Part shown: positions 1-15,667 of the stretch, piece after piece | Layout: each line of letters begins with the position of its first letter | Position numbering within the stretch: position 1 is the stretch's first letter | Origin: the human T2T-CHM13v2.0 reference genome, Homo sapiens | DNA length: 64,000 bases | Reading direction: 5' to 3' (one strand) | Assembly: GCF_009914755.1 (NCBI RefSeq) | Contig: NC_060932.1 | Made by a program: the position numbers and the translations under genes | The notes under the pieces: model-generated | Seen by the model: only the letters and a program-made list of their open reading frames with translations | What the model was told of the DNA's origin: nothing | Database searches by the model: none

Positions 1-111
1 GGGAGGCGGAGGTTGTGGTGAGCTGAGATCGTGCCATTGGACTCCAGCCTGGGCAACAAGAGTGAAACTCTGTCTCAAAAAACAAACAAACAAAACAAAC
101 AAACAAACAAA
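1..111 (+). mobile_element. Alu 3' half with (CAAA)n tail (cut by window edge)
   Basis: GGAGGCGGAGGTTG...CTCCAGCCTGGGCAACAAGAGTGAAACTC followed by A-rich tail. Confidence 0.95.
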
Positions 112-816
112 CCATGAAATAAACCAAAATCATAAGAGTCATTTTGTGTAAAAGGTGCGATTAGAAGGAACCTCTCTACCTGTTCAGAATAGAGTAATAA
201 TTACAAAAACAAGCACGTTACATTTTAGCAAATGGAAAAAAAAATAAAGCTATTTGCGAAATTTTAAAAATATATGTTTTTTCTCCCCAGGATCAAATGC
301 CTTTTGCAAAGCTCTTTTTGTTATGTTGCTATCCAATTAAAAGCAGAAAATATTTGATTGGGTAGAGAGACCCACTTCATGTTCTGCCTGCCAGTCTGGG
401 AGTAGATTATCTGTTGCTACGTGCAATCATCAATAGGACCATAAAGAGGAATCCTGCATGGTTGTTTGCAGTGTCTGGATGTTGTTAAATGAGGCATTTG
501 CTTCATCATAAATTGTGCAACGCCTCTCCCATCCTCCCTTCTTTCTTTCTACCACTGCAGCCACAGCGTGTGTGCCTTTCTCAGAACGCAGGGGTACACG
601 TGCTTTCCACAAATCATTATACCAGGTGCAAAACCTGAAAAAAAAAATTCCTTCAACAGACCTTTTTGAGCACCAGCTATGTACAAGCAGAAGGGCCCTG
701 TTGATTTAATGCTCTGTTGGTGCCTTCTTGAAATTCTCAATGTTTTTTAACAAGAGGGTCTGCATTTTCATTTAGCACTGGCCCTGCAAATGCTGTAGCC
801 CGTCTTGAGGAGCAAA

Positions 817-818
<2 letters not shown>

Positions 819-861
<43 letters not shown>
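819..861 (+). repeat. (CA)n microsatellite, ~20 units
   Basis: Uninterrupted acacac run. Confidence 0.98.
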
Positions 862-862
<1 letters not shown>

Positions 863-1271
863 CTCTGGCCTTATGTAGTATATGTGCTAGGATGCTAGGA
901 TTAGATTTGGGATCTGGCTCTGGGAGGCATATAGCTCTGTGGGAAGAGAGGCAGTTGTGTAAATACCTCCAACAGAGTGGGAGAAGAGGGAGACAGGAGG
1001 CAAGGTTACCTGGGCGGTGGAGCAAGTTTAACCTTAGAAAAGCAGTAGATGTTGGCTAGTGGAAGTTAGGGTGGACAGGAGAAGATGGGGGATATTTATC
1101 CATGAGCAGGGGCCTGGAGGTGCTGGGGGAAAGTGTTCTTGTGTGTGTTTATTAAAGCTGAGCTCATGGTCTGAGGGATACCAATGTGATGAGAGTGAGG
1201 AGGCCAGCGAGGGGCTCAGTCCCTAAAGGAACTTACCTGTCCTAAGAAGAAACTGCAACTTCATTCTTGGG

Positions 1272-1440
1272 TCAATAACTCTCAACACTTGGTGACCTAT
1301 TAAGATCACTTGGGGCAACAACATTATACTAATCCCCTATCGCCACTTACATCAGAATTTCAGGGATGGGGATGAAGATATTGACAGTCTTGAGAGCAGC
1401 CCAGGTGATTTTATGGTTTAGCCAGAGTGAGAAACACCAG
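1272..1440. mobile_element. MER5-like hAT-Charlie MITE relic
   Basis: ctctcaac...gatcacttgggg...cagaatttcagggatgggg...cccaggtgattt motif order typical of MER5A. Confidence 0.6.
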
Positions 1441-1571
1441 ATTTAGGCAACAGGGAGTTGGGGCATAGGATATTACACTAATAAAGCTGTACAGAGTGTA
1501 TTTGGTCATACTTATATTTTAGAAAGATCTAAAGGAGTTGGAGGATGAGTTAGGGAGGCACTCAGAGGGGA

Positions 1572-1722
1572 CAGTGCTTCTCAAAATTTTCTGTGCTCAT
1601 GAATCACCTGGGGGTAGTGTTAAAAGGCTGACCCTACTAAGGTGTGAGGTGGAGCCTAACTACATTTCTAACAGCCTCTCAAGTGATGCTGATGCTGCGT
1701 GTTCCTCCGCCACACTTTGAGT
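1572..1722. mobile_element. MER5-like hAT-Charlie MITE
   Basis: cagtgcttctcaaa...gaatcacctgggg...catttctaacagcctctcaagtgatgctgatgctg...ccacactttgagt. Confidence 0.75.
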
Positions 1723-2406
1723 GTGCAAGTCAGGAGATGATTCCAGAAATCTGATTGCAAGAGACAATCAGGGCTGATGAAAGGCAGCGTGCATGGGATG
1801 GAGACATTTGTGCCAGCCCTCACGTTTCCTGCTAGGGTGAATGAGTAGAAGTTGTAAAAAGAAAGTTTTTCACTTAGTGGAGCACTTGCCCAGGAGATAT
1901 CAAAGTTGATTGTCGAGTTTCAGTGCTACTGATTCTGATCGGCCCAAGCGGATAAGGACCATGCACTTTCAGTGGTCCCCATACCCCAGACCTAAGGGAA
2001 GACTTGTTTCTGATGACATTATGAGCCTTGTTTTTAACCAGCTGTTTGCAGATCTGCAGGCTCACTTTATCCAGTACAGACTGATAATTTTCAATCCTTC
2101 CATTAGGATAATTATTACATATTCCCCCTTTCTAGTACTTAAAAAGATCTAATGTTTCCCTCTTGAGGGAATACTTTTGTTTAAAGCTCTATGGGTTTTT
2201 GGTTTATTCATTGACGATATTGCACCATTCAGCATGTGGGGAACATAGGAGAAAGAACACATGGTTGAAGGAAAGGAATGTGGAGGGGATAAGAAAACAA
2301 TTTCGGTTTGGATGTGTTAAGAGACAGAATGTGACAATCCTGGTGGAGTGAGGTGGGAACAGGGCCACAGACATGACCCTGGGTGGTATCAACATCTTGG
2401 GGATAT

Positions 2407-2708
<302 letters not shown>

Positions 2709-2920
2709 CCAGCATTTTGGGGATAGGCTGAGGATGCGGAGCCCACAGAAGACACCACAACAGGAGGCTTGGGAATGGCTTCTTTTCTGTACTCTCTCCT
2801 CCCACATACTCTCTCCTCCCACCTTGTAGAGGAGCCTGTACACTTCTTCCACAATGTTCGTTTCTGAAAGATGCATAGGCTGGTGGGATGCCCAGATAGG
2901 AAGGGATTAGGTCAGACTTA

Positions 2921-3506
2921 CATACGGAGGCAAAATTTTACCTCTACTCTTTCAGGGTGTGTGTGTGTGTTTTTTTTTTCCTGTTGTTGTTGTTTGTTTG
3001 TTTGTTTTTGCTGCATCTGAGAATTAAAATAACATAAGTCAGACTAACAGAAGAGCAGACAAATTTATTTAATATGAAAGTTTTACGTGGCTCAGGAGCC
3101 TGCATAAGGCAATGAAGACCCCAAAGATGCAGTCAGAGTTGAACACTTACACCCCGAATTGGACAAAGAGCAGTACATTGTAAAAATGTGACAAGGCCAA
3201 GGGGTTTGGGGTAGGGCAGTTAATTGCATAGAGAGGTAGCTAGGAGGATTAGGGTTCATCTAACAAAGTTTTTTTGGTGCAGATTTCCCACCACCTCAAG
3301 TTCCCATCTTTGATAATAAGAATGATGTTTCTTTTTGTGTAGGGAGGCATCTTTCACATGGAAATTTCATCTCCCGCTTTGAAGAAACAGAAAGAAGTTC
3401 AGAGTGCTCTTCTTGCACCTGTTTTTTGTTTTTGTCTTTTTTTTTTTCAATTGCTTTTAGCTCAAAATAATTAGTACAGCAGAGAGGCATATTTTTAACT
3501 CCTTCA
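2921..3506 (-). mobile_element. ERV1 solo LTR, MER34-like
   Basis: Minus strand starts TGAAGGAG...attattttgagctaaaagcaattga and ends ...gaggtaaaattttgcctcc; same family as 8236-9450. Confidence 0.7.
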
Positions 3507-4736
3507 GCTACTATATTGTTTCTAGAACTACACTGTGCCTCCTACTATCAGGTACTGAGAGTTAGGATAATTTGTCTCCTTCTCTTAAGTTGTATTTTCT
3601 TCTCAGAGACCTAAAATCCTCTTTTCTCATCTCACTTCTATCTATTCCCCAATCTCCACTTCCCCAGTCTCTGGATGTGCCTGAAAATGTCTGAGCCCTA
3701 GAGAATCCCAGTCGCCATGCAAATCAGCAGAGGCAAGTGTGTAATTCCATGTGCTGTAAGCATCTCAGCTTCAACCCTTCCAGGATCTGCACCTCATTAC
3801 AAAGCCCCCAAAGACCTCAGTCCTGTTGCTAGATGGCAGGAGGAGGGGGAAAATATCCATGAAAGAGTAGATCCTTTTAAGGCAATTGGGATTTTTGTGA
3901 GAGGTTGGGGGATGGAAGATAGAGGAAAAAGGAAGAGAATCAGGTAAAAGAGTAACTGAAATAATGGTCATCAAACTGTCCCCATAATCATTCAATAAGA
4001 GAACATTATGGGAGGAAAAAGCAGAGTAAAATAACAATAATAAAAACAATCCTTCCTCCTAATCATCATCAACCACAACAAAATTCCATCTGCAGTGTGG
4101 GTTCCAGATTAATTTGGTTCGATTGCCTCTTAGCTTCTAGTGGAAATAACTTTGTTTTTTTCATGCTCTTCACAGGTCTTGTACTGGGGCCCTGGGGATT
4201 ACTGGGTAGAAGAATGATCTAAGAAAAAGCTTCTGCAGCTCTATCTCCTAGAACAGAGGTTCTAGGCTGAGAGTCCCTTCATCCTTGCAATACTATAAAG
4301 GAAGAAATTGTGGGAGTCAGGTGTGGTGGGGATGAGATGAACTGGTTCTTTAACTTTCCATTGACCTAGAGTAGGGCTGCAAGTTAATTTAAATCTCAAG
4401 ATTCCTTGCTCTTGACTGGATTTGTATCAACTTATTACAGAATTCTGCTCATCTCACACTCACCAAAAACTCTGATAGATAGATATTGGTGCATTTGATG
4501 AGCAGAAATGTGAAAAGTCATCCAAGTTTCTTCGGAAATAAACTCTTAAAAACATGGTTTCCATGATGGTGAGTGTGCGGTTAGACTTGCTGAGGACAGA
4601 TTGGAACATTAATAGCAAATGCTTAGTGTTCTGGGAATTCGTTAAACAGGTATGAGCAGTAAATATGAACAACAAACATTTTATGCTGATGACATTTAAT
4701 ATTCAAATCAACCAGTACCATTGTGATACTTTCCAA

Positions 4737-5212
4737 TGAAGTCACCCTCACAGTTATCAAGAATTAATAGTTATAATTAAACATTAATCAGACTGCACTT
4801 TGACCTACTTCTTTGTAACCTGAAGTCACGTAGCACTAGGTACTGACCATTTTCATCCCCATTGTTCCTACAGATAGGATTTCTGATATTAGAATTGTAA
4901 AGCTTTTAAGAGTTGCTTAAGCAGATCCTGAATTCTAGTAGAACTGCTGACACCAACCAGTTTAAAGACCCCCAAAGAGGAACTGAATCAGTTTCTTCCT
5001 CTCTCTGTCCCACCAATCAACAATCTCCATGCTTCTGTCCACTCCAAAACCCTTAAAAAGCCTAGCCTAGCCCCAAATTCCTTAGGGAGATAGATCTGAA
5101 GTTCTTCTCCTTGTTCGATGGCCCTACAATTAAACTTCTTTCTCTGCTGCAACCTGGTGTCTTTGTGTATTGACATGCTGTGCACATTGGGCAACAAACC
5201 TATTATTGTTAT
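4737..5212 (+). mobile_element. ERV1 solo LTR, MER66-like
   Basis: TG start, aagtcacgtagcactag...actgaccatt...cccattgttcctacagataggatttctga, ATTAAA near 3' end; subfamily from memory. Confidence 0.6.
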
Positions 5213-5214
5213 AC

Positions 5215-5547
5215 TTTTTCTTTTCTTTTTCTTCTTTTTCTTTTTATTTATTTATTTATTTATTCATTTTTTTTGAGACAGGGTCTCCCTCTCTCATCCA
5301 GGCTGGAGTGCAGTGTAGCACTGCAAACTCAAACTCCCAGGATCAAGCGATCTTCCCACCTCAGCCTCCTGAGTAGCTAAGACTACAGGTGCATGCCTCC
5401 ATGCCTGGATAATTTTTGTATTCTTTGTAGAGAGGGGGTTTTGCCATGTTTCTCAGGCTGATCTTCAACTCCTGGACTCAAGCAATCCACCCACCTTGGC
5501 CTCCCAAAGTGTTGGGATTTACAGGTGTGAGCCCCTGCCTCCAGCCC
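5215..5547 (-). mobile_element. AluJ, full length, TSD ~ (t/g)gttatac
   Basis: Antisense Alu with T-rich tail; gttatac on both sides. Confidence 0.9.
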
Positions 5548-6216
5548 TGGTTATACGAATATAATAAAAGAAAACATACATCTATCAGATTTTTAAAAAA
5601 TCAGTTGACTTCTTTGGGGCTTTACATGAAAGCAGCTCATTTCATGGATGATGCATCTAAGTAAACACTGAGGTAGGAAAGGGGATGGAAAATCACAGAT
5701 GTAGTGTTTTTTAGTTTTTAAAACAGCATGGCCAGAGGGTAATGATACAGTATAACCCTTTCACCTCATCTTAGCTATGGGGAGGGAATGGATGACTAAG
5801 GAAATTAAATATTCATTCACAGGCATATGAGGGGAAGTAACTTCTTTTTCTTCATCCTTTCCTTTTTTTTAATCCAAGTGACAGACTGATTAGTTTATTT
5901 CTGTATATTCCATACCCCCTGGATGGTTGGTTATACCATTTGTTCTTAGATTGTTTTATAAATTTTATGTCAGCTCATGTCAGGATTTAATAAAATAACC
6001 CACCCTTAGAGACAGCTACAACCTTGTATTATGAGCAGAGCATGATCAAGCTGTGGTTTCCTTCAGATAATATTTGCCATTCATTTTATGAGAAAACATT
6101 TTTTAAAATTAAATAGCTGATATATTTTGAATACCCATGAGTAGATACTAAGTTTTAGCAAAATGCTAACCATCCATTAAGCTAAAATATTTAAACACTG
6201 TATTTCAAACAGATTA

Positions 6217-6473
<257 letters not shown>

Positions 6474-7523
6474 ATCACCTGTTCCTTAATTTTAAAGGAA
6501 CATATTTTACAAAAGAGACATTGGAAAAATTAGCTGGAAAAGGAATTTTTGGAATGGAAAAAAGGTTTTGAATCAGTGTCCTTGGATTTGCACCAGATAT
6601 TCAGTTGGGTGTATGCCAGGCACCTACGGTATATTTTTGGCGTTATCCTGATTTGAGCTCAGGCTCCAATTCTATCGTTTACCTCTCCATTGTCAGGTAA
6701 ATTGCACTGATACATTCTTTTGCTAATTTAATTCTGTTTGTAAAGAAGGATTGATCCCTTTTTAGCTCAGGTAATATTTTTCTTATACATAATGAAGCCA
6801 GAATTGTGTGAAGCTTTGCGTCCCTAGAGGATTAAAACTTGCTCTGGATTTCAGGGAACAGGAACACGCAGAACAAGAGAGAGTGTACAGATGATTCACA
6901 AAGCTCACTTTCCATGTCAGAGAGCAAGGAAAAGCCAAATGAACTAGAATTACTTAGATTGGACATTCAATCTAATAAACACTGGTTTATATTTAAATAT
7001 AGTTTATATTTAATATAGTTTATGTAAAAATGGTTTATATTTAAATATAAACCATTCCCACTGGGATAGGTGTATTGCATGGGAATTAGGAAGAATTTCC
7101 AGATAATTATAGTAGAAACCAAAAAAGGAGTTGAGTGTGTGGGTGCTGCTGCAGGATATTATATTATAATCTGTTGAAATGTGAAGAGCAGATACCCTGA
7201 CCAATAAAAGGAGGACCTATCCTCTCTAGATGGTGCTGAAGCTTTGACTGTTACCCATACGTCATCAACACTGTAATGTTGAGTAAATGCCCACATGGGC
7301 TGGGGTGATTTTCAGGCAGAAAGAGTACTTCACAACTAATAAGAACATGTACTGTTTGTTCATGAGAGCCTTAAAGAGGGAGAAATAAGGTGTGTTTTCA
7401 TTTTCATTAACATATCCTTTGTAGGAGGGTGTAGGACATGGGACTCCTCAGATAAAAATACCGCCCCCCTGCTTTTTTTGTAACATTTTTTCCATTTTTA
7501 AAGAACTGGTAGTTCTGAAAGCA

Positions 7524-7602
<79 letters not shown>

Positions 7603-7756
7603 GTTTCTTTCTTCTTTCTTTGTTTCTTTGTTTCTTTCTTTCTTTGTTTCTTTGTTTCTTTTTCTTTCTTTCTTTCTTTTCTTCCTTCCTTCCTTGCTTC
7701 CTTCCTTCCTTCCCTCCTTCCCTCCTTCCTTCTTTTCTTCCTTTCCTTTCCTTTCC
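7524..7756 (+). repeat. (TTTC)n/(TTCC)n polypyrimidine tract (expanded Alu tail)
   Basis: ~230 bp almost pure pyrimidine, inside Alu TSD ctgaaag(c/t)act. Confidence 0.95.
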
Positions 7757-8044
7757 GTTTTTTGAGACAGGGTCTCATTCTGTCACCCAGGCTGGAGTGC
7801 AGTAGCTCAATCTTGGCTCACTACAGCCTTGACCTCCTGGGCTCAAACAATCCTCCCTCTTCAGCCTCCTGAGTAGCTGGGACTACAGGCATGCGCCATC
7901 ATGCCCGGATAATTTTTGTATTTTTTGTAGAGACAGGGTTTTGCTATGTTGCCCAGGCTGGTCTCCAACTCCTGGGCTCAAGTGATCCTCCTGCCTTGGC
8001 CTTCCAAAGTGCTGGGAATACAGAGGTGAGCCACTATGCCCAGA
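7757..8044 (-). mobile_element. AluJ
   Basis: Antisense dimeric Alu; TSD ctgaaagcact/ctgaaagtact. Confidence 0.93.
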
Positions 8045-8453
8045 CTGAAAGTACTATTTACTGATCAATTTGTGTGTGTAAAGTGAAATTCCCTCTGAGA
8101 ACCAGAAGCTGTCTCACAGCACTCGTGTCTGAGAAGGAACTCTCTGGAGGCTGGAGGCGGCAAGCCTGTCCATTACCAGAAGGACTGGCCCGGTACTGAG
8201 TCAGGTGAATGACTCAGTTGTGGCACACTTACATCTGAAGGGTGGCAGAATGTGCTGCCCTAAATAAGCCAGTTTGGCAGAAGGATTATTTTGAGCTTGG
8301 AAAACAGCAGGTGCAAGAAGGGCTCCCTGACCTCCCCTTTCCTCCTGAAAGCAGGGGATGAAACCTCCATATGGAAGACGTCCTTTTGAGACCAGGGGGA
8401 AGGAAACAGTTGTATCACCAGGGAGGAGGACTTGAGGCTGAGAGAAATCTGTA

Positions 8454-9120
<667 letters not shown>

Positions 9121-10184
9121 TACAGACAAACCTTCTTAAACTAATTCTTATCTTCCTAGTTCTCTCCACAATTAACTACCCAAGCCTGAGCCCATTTGTC
9201 CTGCCATGTTTTCACTATTAACTATTCTTCGTTCAACTCAGTACATAAGCACTTGGGTTTTGCCACTTCTTTGGGTCTTTATTTTCCTATGTGGGCTTCC
9301 ATGCCAAGATTGAGCCACTGCACTCCAACCTGGGGTCCCACAGAAATAAAATCAGTGTGCTTCTCTCCTGTTAATCTGTCCTATGTCAATTTAATTCTCA
9401 GGCCCTGCTGGAGGCTCTAGGAGGTGGGAGGTAACCTGTTGCCTCCCCCACACCTTCACTGTGGATTTGATGCAGCATTCTATTTGAATGAAGAATTCCT
9501 CTGTTGAGAGGATTTAAACCTTGACTGAATTAGAATGAAAACAAAAAAAACAAGTACTAGACCAGGAGCAATATTTTTGTGTTTTTGTTTTCTTGATATA
9601 AACACTGGTACTCAGCTGTGACAGAAAGATACTTCAAATACCTACAGAGGAGGAATTCACCATCAGATCCTAAACTATATTCTTTATCAGAATAGAAAAA
9701 AAAAGTGCTTTAATTGTTTTTGCATCCCATTAGTGGGTGAGTCTATACCTTTATATTGACTTTCACCTGCCAAAGGCAATTCATTGGGTCTGCAGCATAT
9801 TAAGAGGGTCTGTGTTCTTTTCCCTAACATTTGTGAATGGTATTTATTGTGCATGGGATGATTATAAATGCTAAGCTAAAAACCATTTTCAAGCTCTTTT
9901 TTTATGTCATTAAATTCTGTCTTTTTAGATTTCTCTGCAAAGATATTTGTTTCTAAGAAAACCAGTTGGTGTAGGGGTGGCAAAACCACCATGAACATCA
10001 TATCGTAAGGGTATTGTCAGTCCTCTACTTGGCCAGTGTCTACTCCTGGATCCAGGGCTTGCTGGAGTGGGTTAAATGAATGAAGCAATCAGCCTCATTC
10101 TAGAAAGGAGAGTGGAAGACTATTCTTATGTGCTCCGTTGGGTGAGCCCATGGTCTGGGGAGGGAGTCAACAACTCTGTAACGT

Positions 10185-10440
10185 GGTCTATCATAGTAGT
10201 TAAGGTGAGATAGGTTTTGATGCAGATCTTCTTTGGCATTGCATAAAGCTGGGTTTGATTATCAGCTCTTCCCTTACTGCTGAGTATTCTGGGGTAAATT
10301 ACTTAAATTCCTGAGCCTCTGTTTCTTCATCTAGAAAACTGGAGTCATTATCATGTTTAATTTATGGGAGTGATGTTAGCATTCAATGGAAGCATGTTGA
10401 AAATGAGTGGAGTGCCTGGCATGTGCTTATTTGTTAAACA
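10185..10440 (+). mobile_element. MIR
   Basis: ctgggtttga...ttacttaa..ctgagcctctgtttcttcatctagaaaa core. Confidence 0.75.
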
Positions 10441-10499
10441 TTCTAATTGAGGTTATTAGAGGGAAGGGTAACCACTGAGAGTCCCCTGTAGGATTTGGT

Positions 10500-11365
<866 letters not shown>

Positions 11366-11477
11366 TTAAACAGTAAGCAAGACCTATTAGGATAATGGAA
11401 AAACGGGAGCAGATAAAAAAGAAGGGGATGCTGAGAGGTAGAGTTGCAAGAGGAAGGAGAGGCAGAAGGTAACGTTA

Positions 11478-11591
11478 GGCCAGGAGTGGTGACTCACACC
11501 TGTAATCCCAACACTTTGGGAGGCCAAGGTGGGAGGATTGCTGGAGGCCAGGAGTTCATGACCAGCAACATAGCAGGACCTCATCTATACA

Positions 11592-11630
<39 letters not shown>

Positions 11631-11631
11631 A
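11478..11631 (+). mobile_element. FLAM/Alu monomer with (AAAT)n tail
   Basis: Single left-arm monomer followed by (aaat)n. Confidence 0.85.
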
Positions 11632-11740
11632 GGCATGTTTATGTGCCTGATAAAGTAACACCTACAGCTGCTGACAGTCCAGACAGAACATGAAAAACTC
11701 AAGAAGTGACAAGTAAAATTTTCTAGAAACTTGAACAAAT

Positions 11741-12346
<606 letters not shown>

Positions 12347-12401
12347 TGAAGGAAGGAAGGGAAGAAGGAAAGAAAGAGAGAGAGAGAGAGAGAGAAAGAA
12401 A

Positions 12402-12433
<32 letters not shown>

Positions 12434-12590
12434 GAAAGGAGAAAGAGAAAGAGAGAAAGAAAGAAAGGAAGGAAGAAAGGAAAGAAAGAAAGAAGAAAGG
12501 AAAGAAGGAAGGAGGGAAGGAAGGGAAACAGAAAAAAGAAAGAAAGAAAGGGAAAAAAGAAAGAAAGAAAAGAAAGAGAGAAAGAAAGAA
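12347..12590 (+). repeat. (GAAA)n/(GA)n/(GGAA)n polypurine tract (expanded Alu tail)
   Basis: ~245 bp essentially purine-only, enclosed by the AluJ TSD. Confidence 0.95.
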
Positions 12591-13498
12591 AGAAACTTGA
12601 ACAAACTTCAGATATTTGGTCATTGGGCTTGTTTGAGCAGCATGGGGGACCAAGTAAGTGTCTTGGAGTAAAGCCTTTGCATGATATGAAAACTTCTTTT
12701 CATTGACTTCTTTCTCTACCAAGAAAGTGTAAGAAACAACTAACCCCTCTCTGAGAATTATTCCATAAATGATTTGAATAGCAAAGTTTGATGGTAAATA
12801 ATTACTTGGGTTTCTGGCTTGATTGGACTGTTAATATATAGACTATGAGCGCCATGGGGCTGCAGAGTCATTACCCGTTGGTGCTCTCCTACCTGAAGCT
12901 TGATGATTAAGCCACTCTCTCCCCTAGGGCTGTGCTCCTATTTCAGAGGCTGATCTGTCACAAGCGTAAAGAGGATTAAGTATTACAGAAGCATTCTAGG
13001 CTATGAAGCATAACCCCCTGTTCTGATGATGTTTGTATTCAACTGTGGCTTGGAATAATCATGGATAGAAGAGCCCTTAAGGAAACCCTCTTATTAGCAC
13101 ATTTATCCACAGGTATCTAGAGATAACAACTCTTAGTGAAATGTCAGCATACTTATTGGTCTTTGGCGAAAGCTGGCTTATCAGCAAGGGTGCTGGGGAA
13201 AGGGCACTTGAGTGTAAAGAAAGCAACCATTTCTCTGGCAATCTGTTGTAGGTAGCAGATTGGGACCATTCTGCCTCCTCTTCATACAAGATGCTGGTGA
13301 CAGACGGTTTTAGAAAAGGTTTGATATGGCTGGCCTTATCAACAACTACGGAAAAAGTAAGGGGGTGACAACTGCCTCATTGGATCTTTTTTGGAAAAGA
13401 TTTCCACTCCCATTCTGTTGAAATATCATCACCAGCAAACACAGATAGCAGACTAGGCATCTGTATAAAACATAATAAAATTAGGTGGATTTACTAAT

Positions 13499-13955
13499 AT
13501 GGTAGATGTAAGATGGCCACAAAATCTACAGTTCCTCTCATCAAGAAGTGAAATCTATATCCACACCTCTTCAAGTTGGGCTGGCCTTGTGACTTGCTTT
13601 GACTAATAGAATGTTGGAGAGGTGATATTATATGACTTCCAAGTCTGGCAGCTTCTGTTCTTATCACCTTGAAATGCTACCATTGCTGTATGAAGAAGCC
13701 TAGGCTAGTCTATTGGAGAATTAAACTCTGTAGAACAGAGGTGCTATCCTAGTTGAGACCCTCTAGATCAAGCAGCCCCCAGACAATCCACCAGGGCCGT
13801 AGCCTCAATGGATAACTTCAGATAACACCAGCAAAAGTCACCTGCTCACTTGAAACCAGTCCAAAATATTGGCCCGCAGACTTGTGAGAAAATAAAATCG
13901 TTTTTATTTAAAGCCACAAAATGTTGGCTTGCTATGCACCAATAGATAAGATACA
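13499..13955 (+). mobile_element. MaLR LTR (MLT1G/H-like)
   Basis: gggctggccttgtgacttgctttgactaatagaatg; aaataaaat...ttaaagccac...aatagataagataca end. Confidence 0.8.
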
Positions 13956-14052
13956 ATTAGCTATACTGAGATTGGCCTTGCTGAGTACGTAGAAAAGAAC
14001 GTGAGACATGCAATGCTGTAGGCCTTGATGATCAAATCAAAGCCACACTAAG

Positions 14053-14324
14053 TTTTTTTTGAAATGGAGTCTTGCTCTGTCGCCATGGCATGATCTTGGC
14101 TCACTTCAGCCTCTGGCTCCTGGGTTCAAGTGATTCTCCTGCCTTAGCCTCCCGAGTAGCTGGGATTACAGGTTTGTGCCACCACACCCAGCTAATTTTT
14201 GTATTTTTAGTACAGATGGGCTTTCACTATATTGGCTAGGATGGTCTCGATCTCTTGACCTCGTCATCCGCCCGCCTCGACCTCCCAAAGTGCTAGGATT
14301 ACAAGTGAGCAACCACACCTGGCC
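14053..14324 (-). mobile_element. AluS (Sc-like)
   Basis: Antisense Alu; TSD agccacac(t/c)aagttt. Confidence 0.93.
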
Positions 14325-15160
14325 AGCCACACCAAGTTTTAAAAGTGATTCTACATCTTCAAATTGGATTCTGTAAGAACCACAATCAGCAACTTTCTTA
14401 CATCTCTTTAGAGCAATATACTCCTTACCAAAGAGTCATATTTGTAGATGGCACTTTAGAAGATGGCGAATTCACCTACTTCTTTCTTCAGAAATCTCCT
14501 TTGTAGCATCTCTAGTGAGTACCTAGCTAGCTTCAGCTTGAATTATTCTAAGAGGAATTCATCATACTTTGAGTTTGTTTCTTTCAACGCTTGTTGTTAG
14601 AACATTATCCCTTATGCCAAAATAGGCCATGTAATACTTTCTACCTAGTATTCCTGATTCTGTATTTTCTGAAGCTGCAAAGAATGAGGCTTACTCCAAA
14701 CTCCTCTTTCTTCCTTCTTGGCCAGGGCTTTTCTTCAACTTACATATTCATAGGTTTATTGACTAATGATTCATTCTATGATCAACTGTTTCAGATTGTT
14801 GATTATCCATATTGCTGATCTTTGAGCTCTTCCACATTCTATTGTTTTGAACCTGAAGATACTTTGCATTTATCCCCTATCTTATCTTCATTATCATACC
14901 CATTATCTTCACTATCTCCAAAACAACAACAACAACAACAACAAAATGAGATGTTTTGCTTACTATCCTCCTCTATTCTAGCATTAAAAAAAAAAAAAGT
15001 CATCCCTCCTGACTTCCTGTTGCATATGCATCTCAAGAATGTGTTGTCATTCAATTGCTAAGCTTGGAACAGGACAGGTCTGAATATATCCAGACAGCAG
15101 TAATCAATGTATTCATCTCCAGTGAGGATGGAATTTTATCCTTTTGAAAGATAGAAAATA

Positions 15161-15470
15161 AGCCTGGAGCAGTGGCTCATGCCTATAATCGCAGCACTTT
15201 AAGAGGCTGATGGGGGTGGATCACCTGAGGTCAGGAGTTCGAGAACAGCCTGGTCAACATGGTGAAAACCCCGTCTCTACTAAAAATACAAAAATTAGCT
15301 AGGCGGGGTGGCACATGCTTATAATTGCAGCTACTTGGGAGGCTGAGGCAGGACAATAGCTTGAGCCCAGGGGGCAGGGGTTGCACAGTAAGCCAAGATT
15401 GCGCCACTGCGCTCCAACTGGACGACAGGGCAAGACTCTGCCTCAAAAAAAAAAAAAAAAAAAAAAAGAC
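15161..15470 (+). mobile_element. AluS
   Basis: Dimeric Alu with poly(A). Confidence 0.95.
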
Positions 15471-15667
15471 AGAAAGATAGAAAATAATGAAAGGAACGTG
15501 TGATAGAAAGCATGAAGGCAAGAATGAACTAGGCGAGGAACTGATCTGGATTATGTAGTAGGGAAAAATTGAAGAATGACAGGAAAGAAAACATTGGCTG
15601 ATGTATTAATTTAGATTGTCTTCTCCTAGAGAAACAGATAATGCAATGAATGCTGGCTTAAACCCAA

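Noticed and set aside
1230-1252. Perfect minus-strand donor CAG|GTAAGT after a pyrimidine tract
   Set aside because: Lies in L2-like sequence; no partner sites supportable
7407-7805. Lys/Arg/Glu-rich and Phe/Leu/Ser-rich ORFs (also 12242-12722)
   Set aside because: Translations of stop-free simple repeats
14443-14469. Adjacent CTCF-like (GTAGATGGCACT) and YY1-like (AAGATGGCG) words
   Set aside because: Both matches are incomplete and expected by chance in 64 kb
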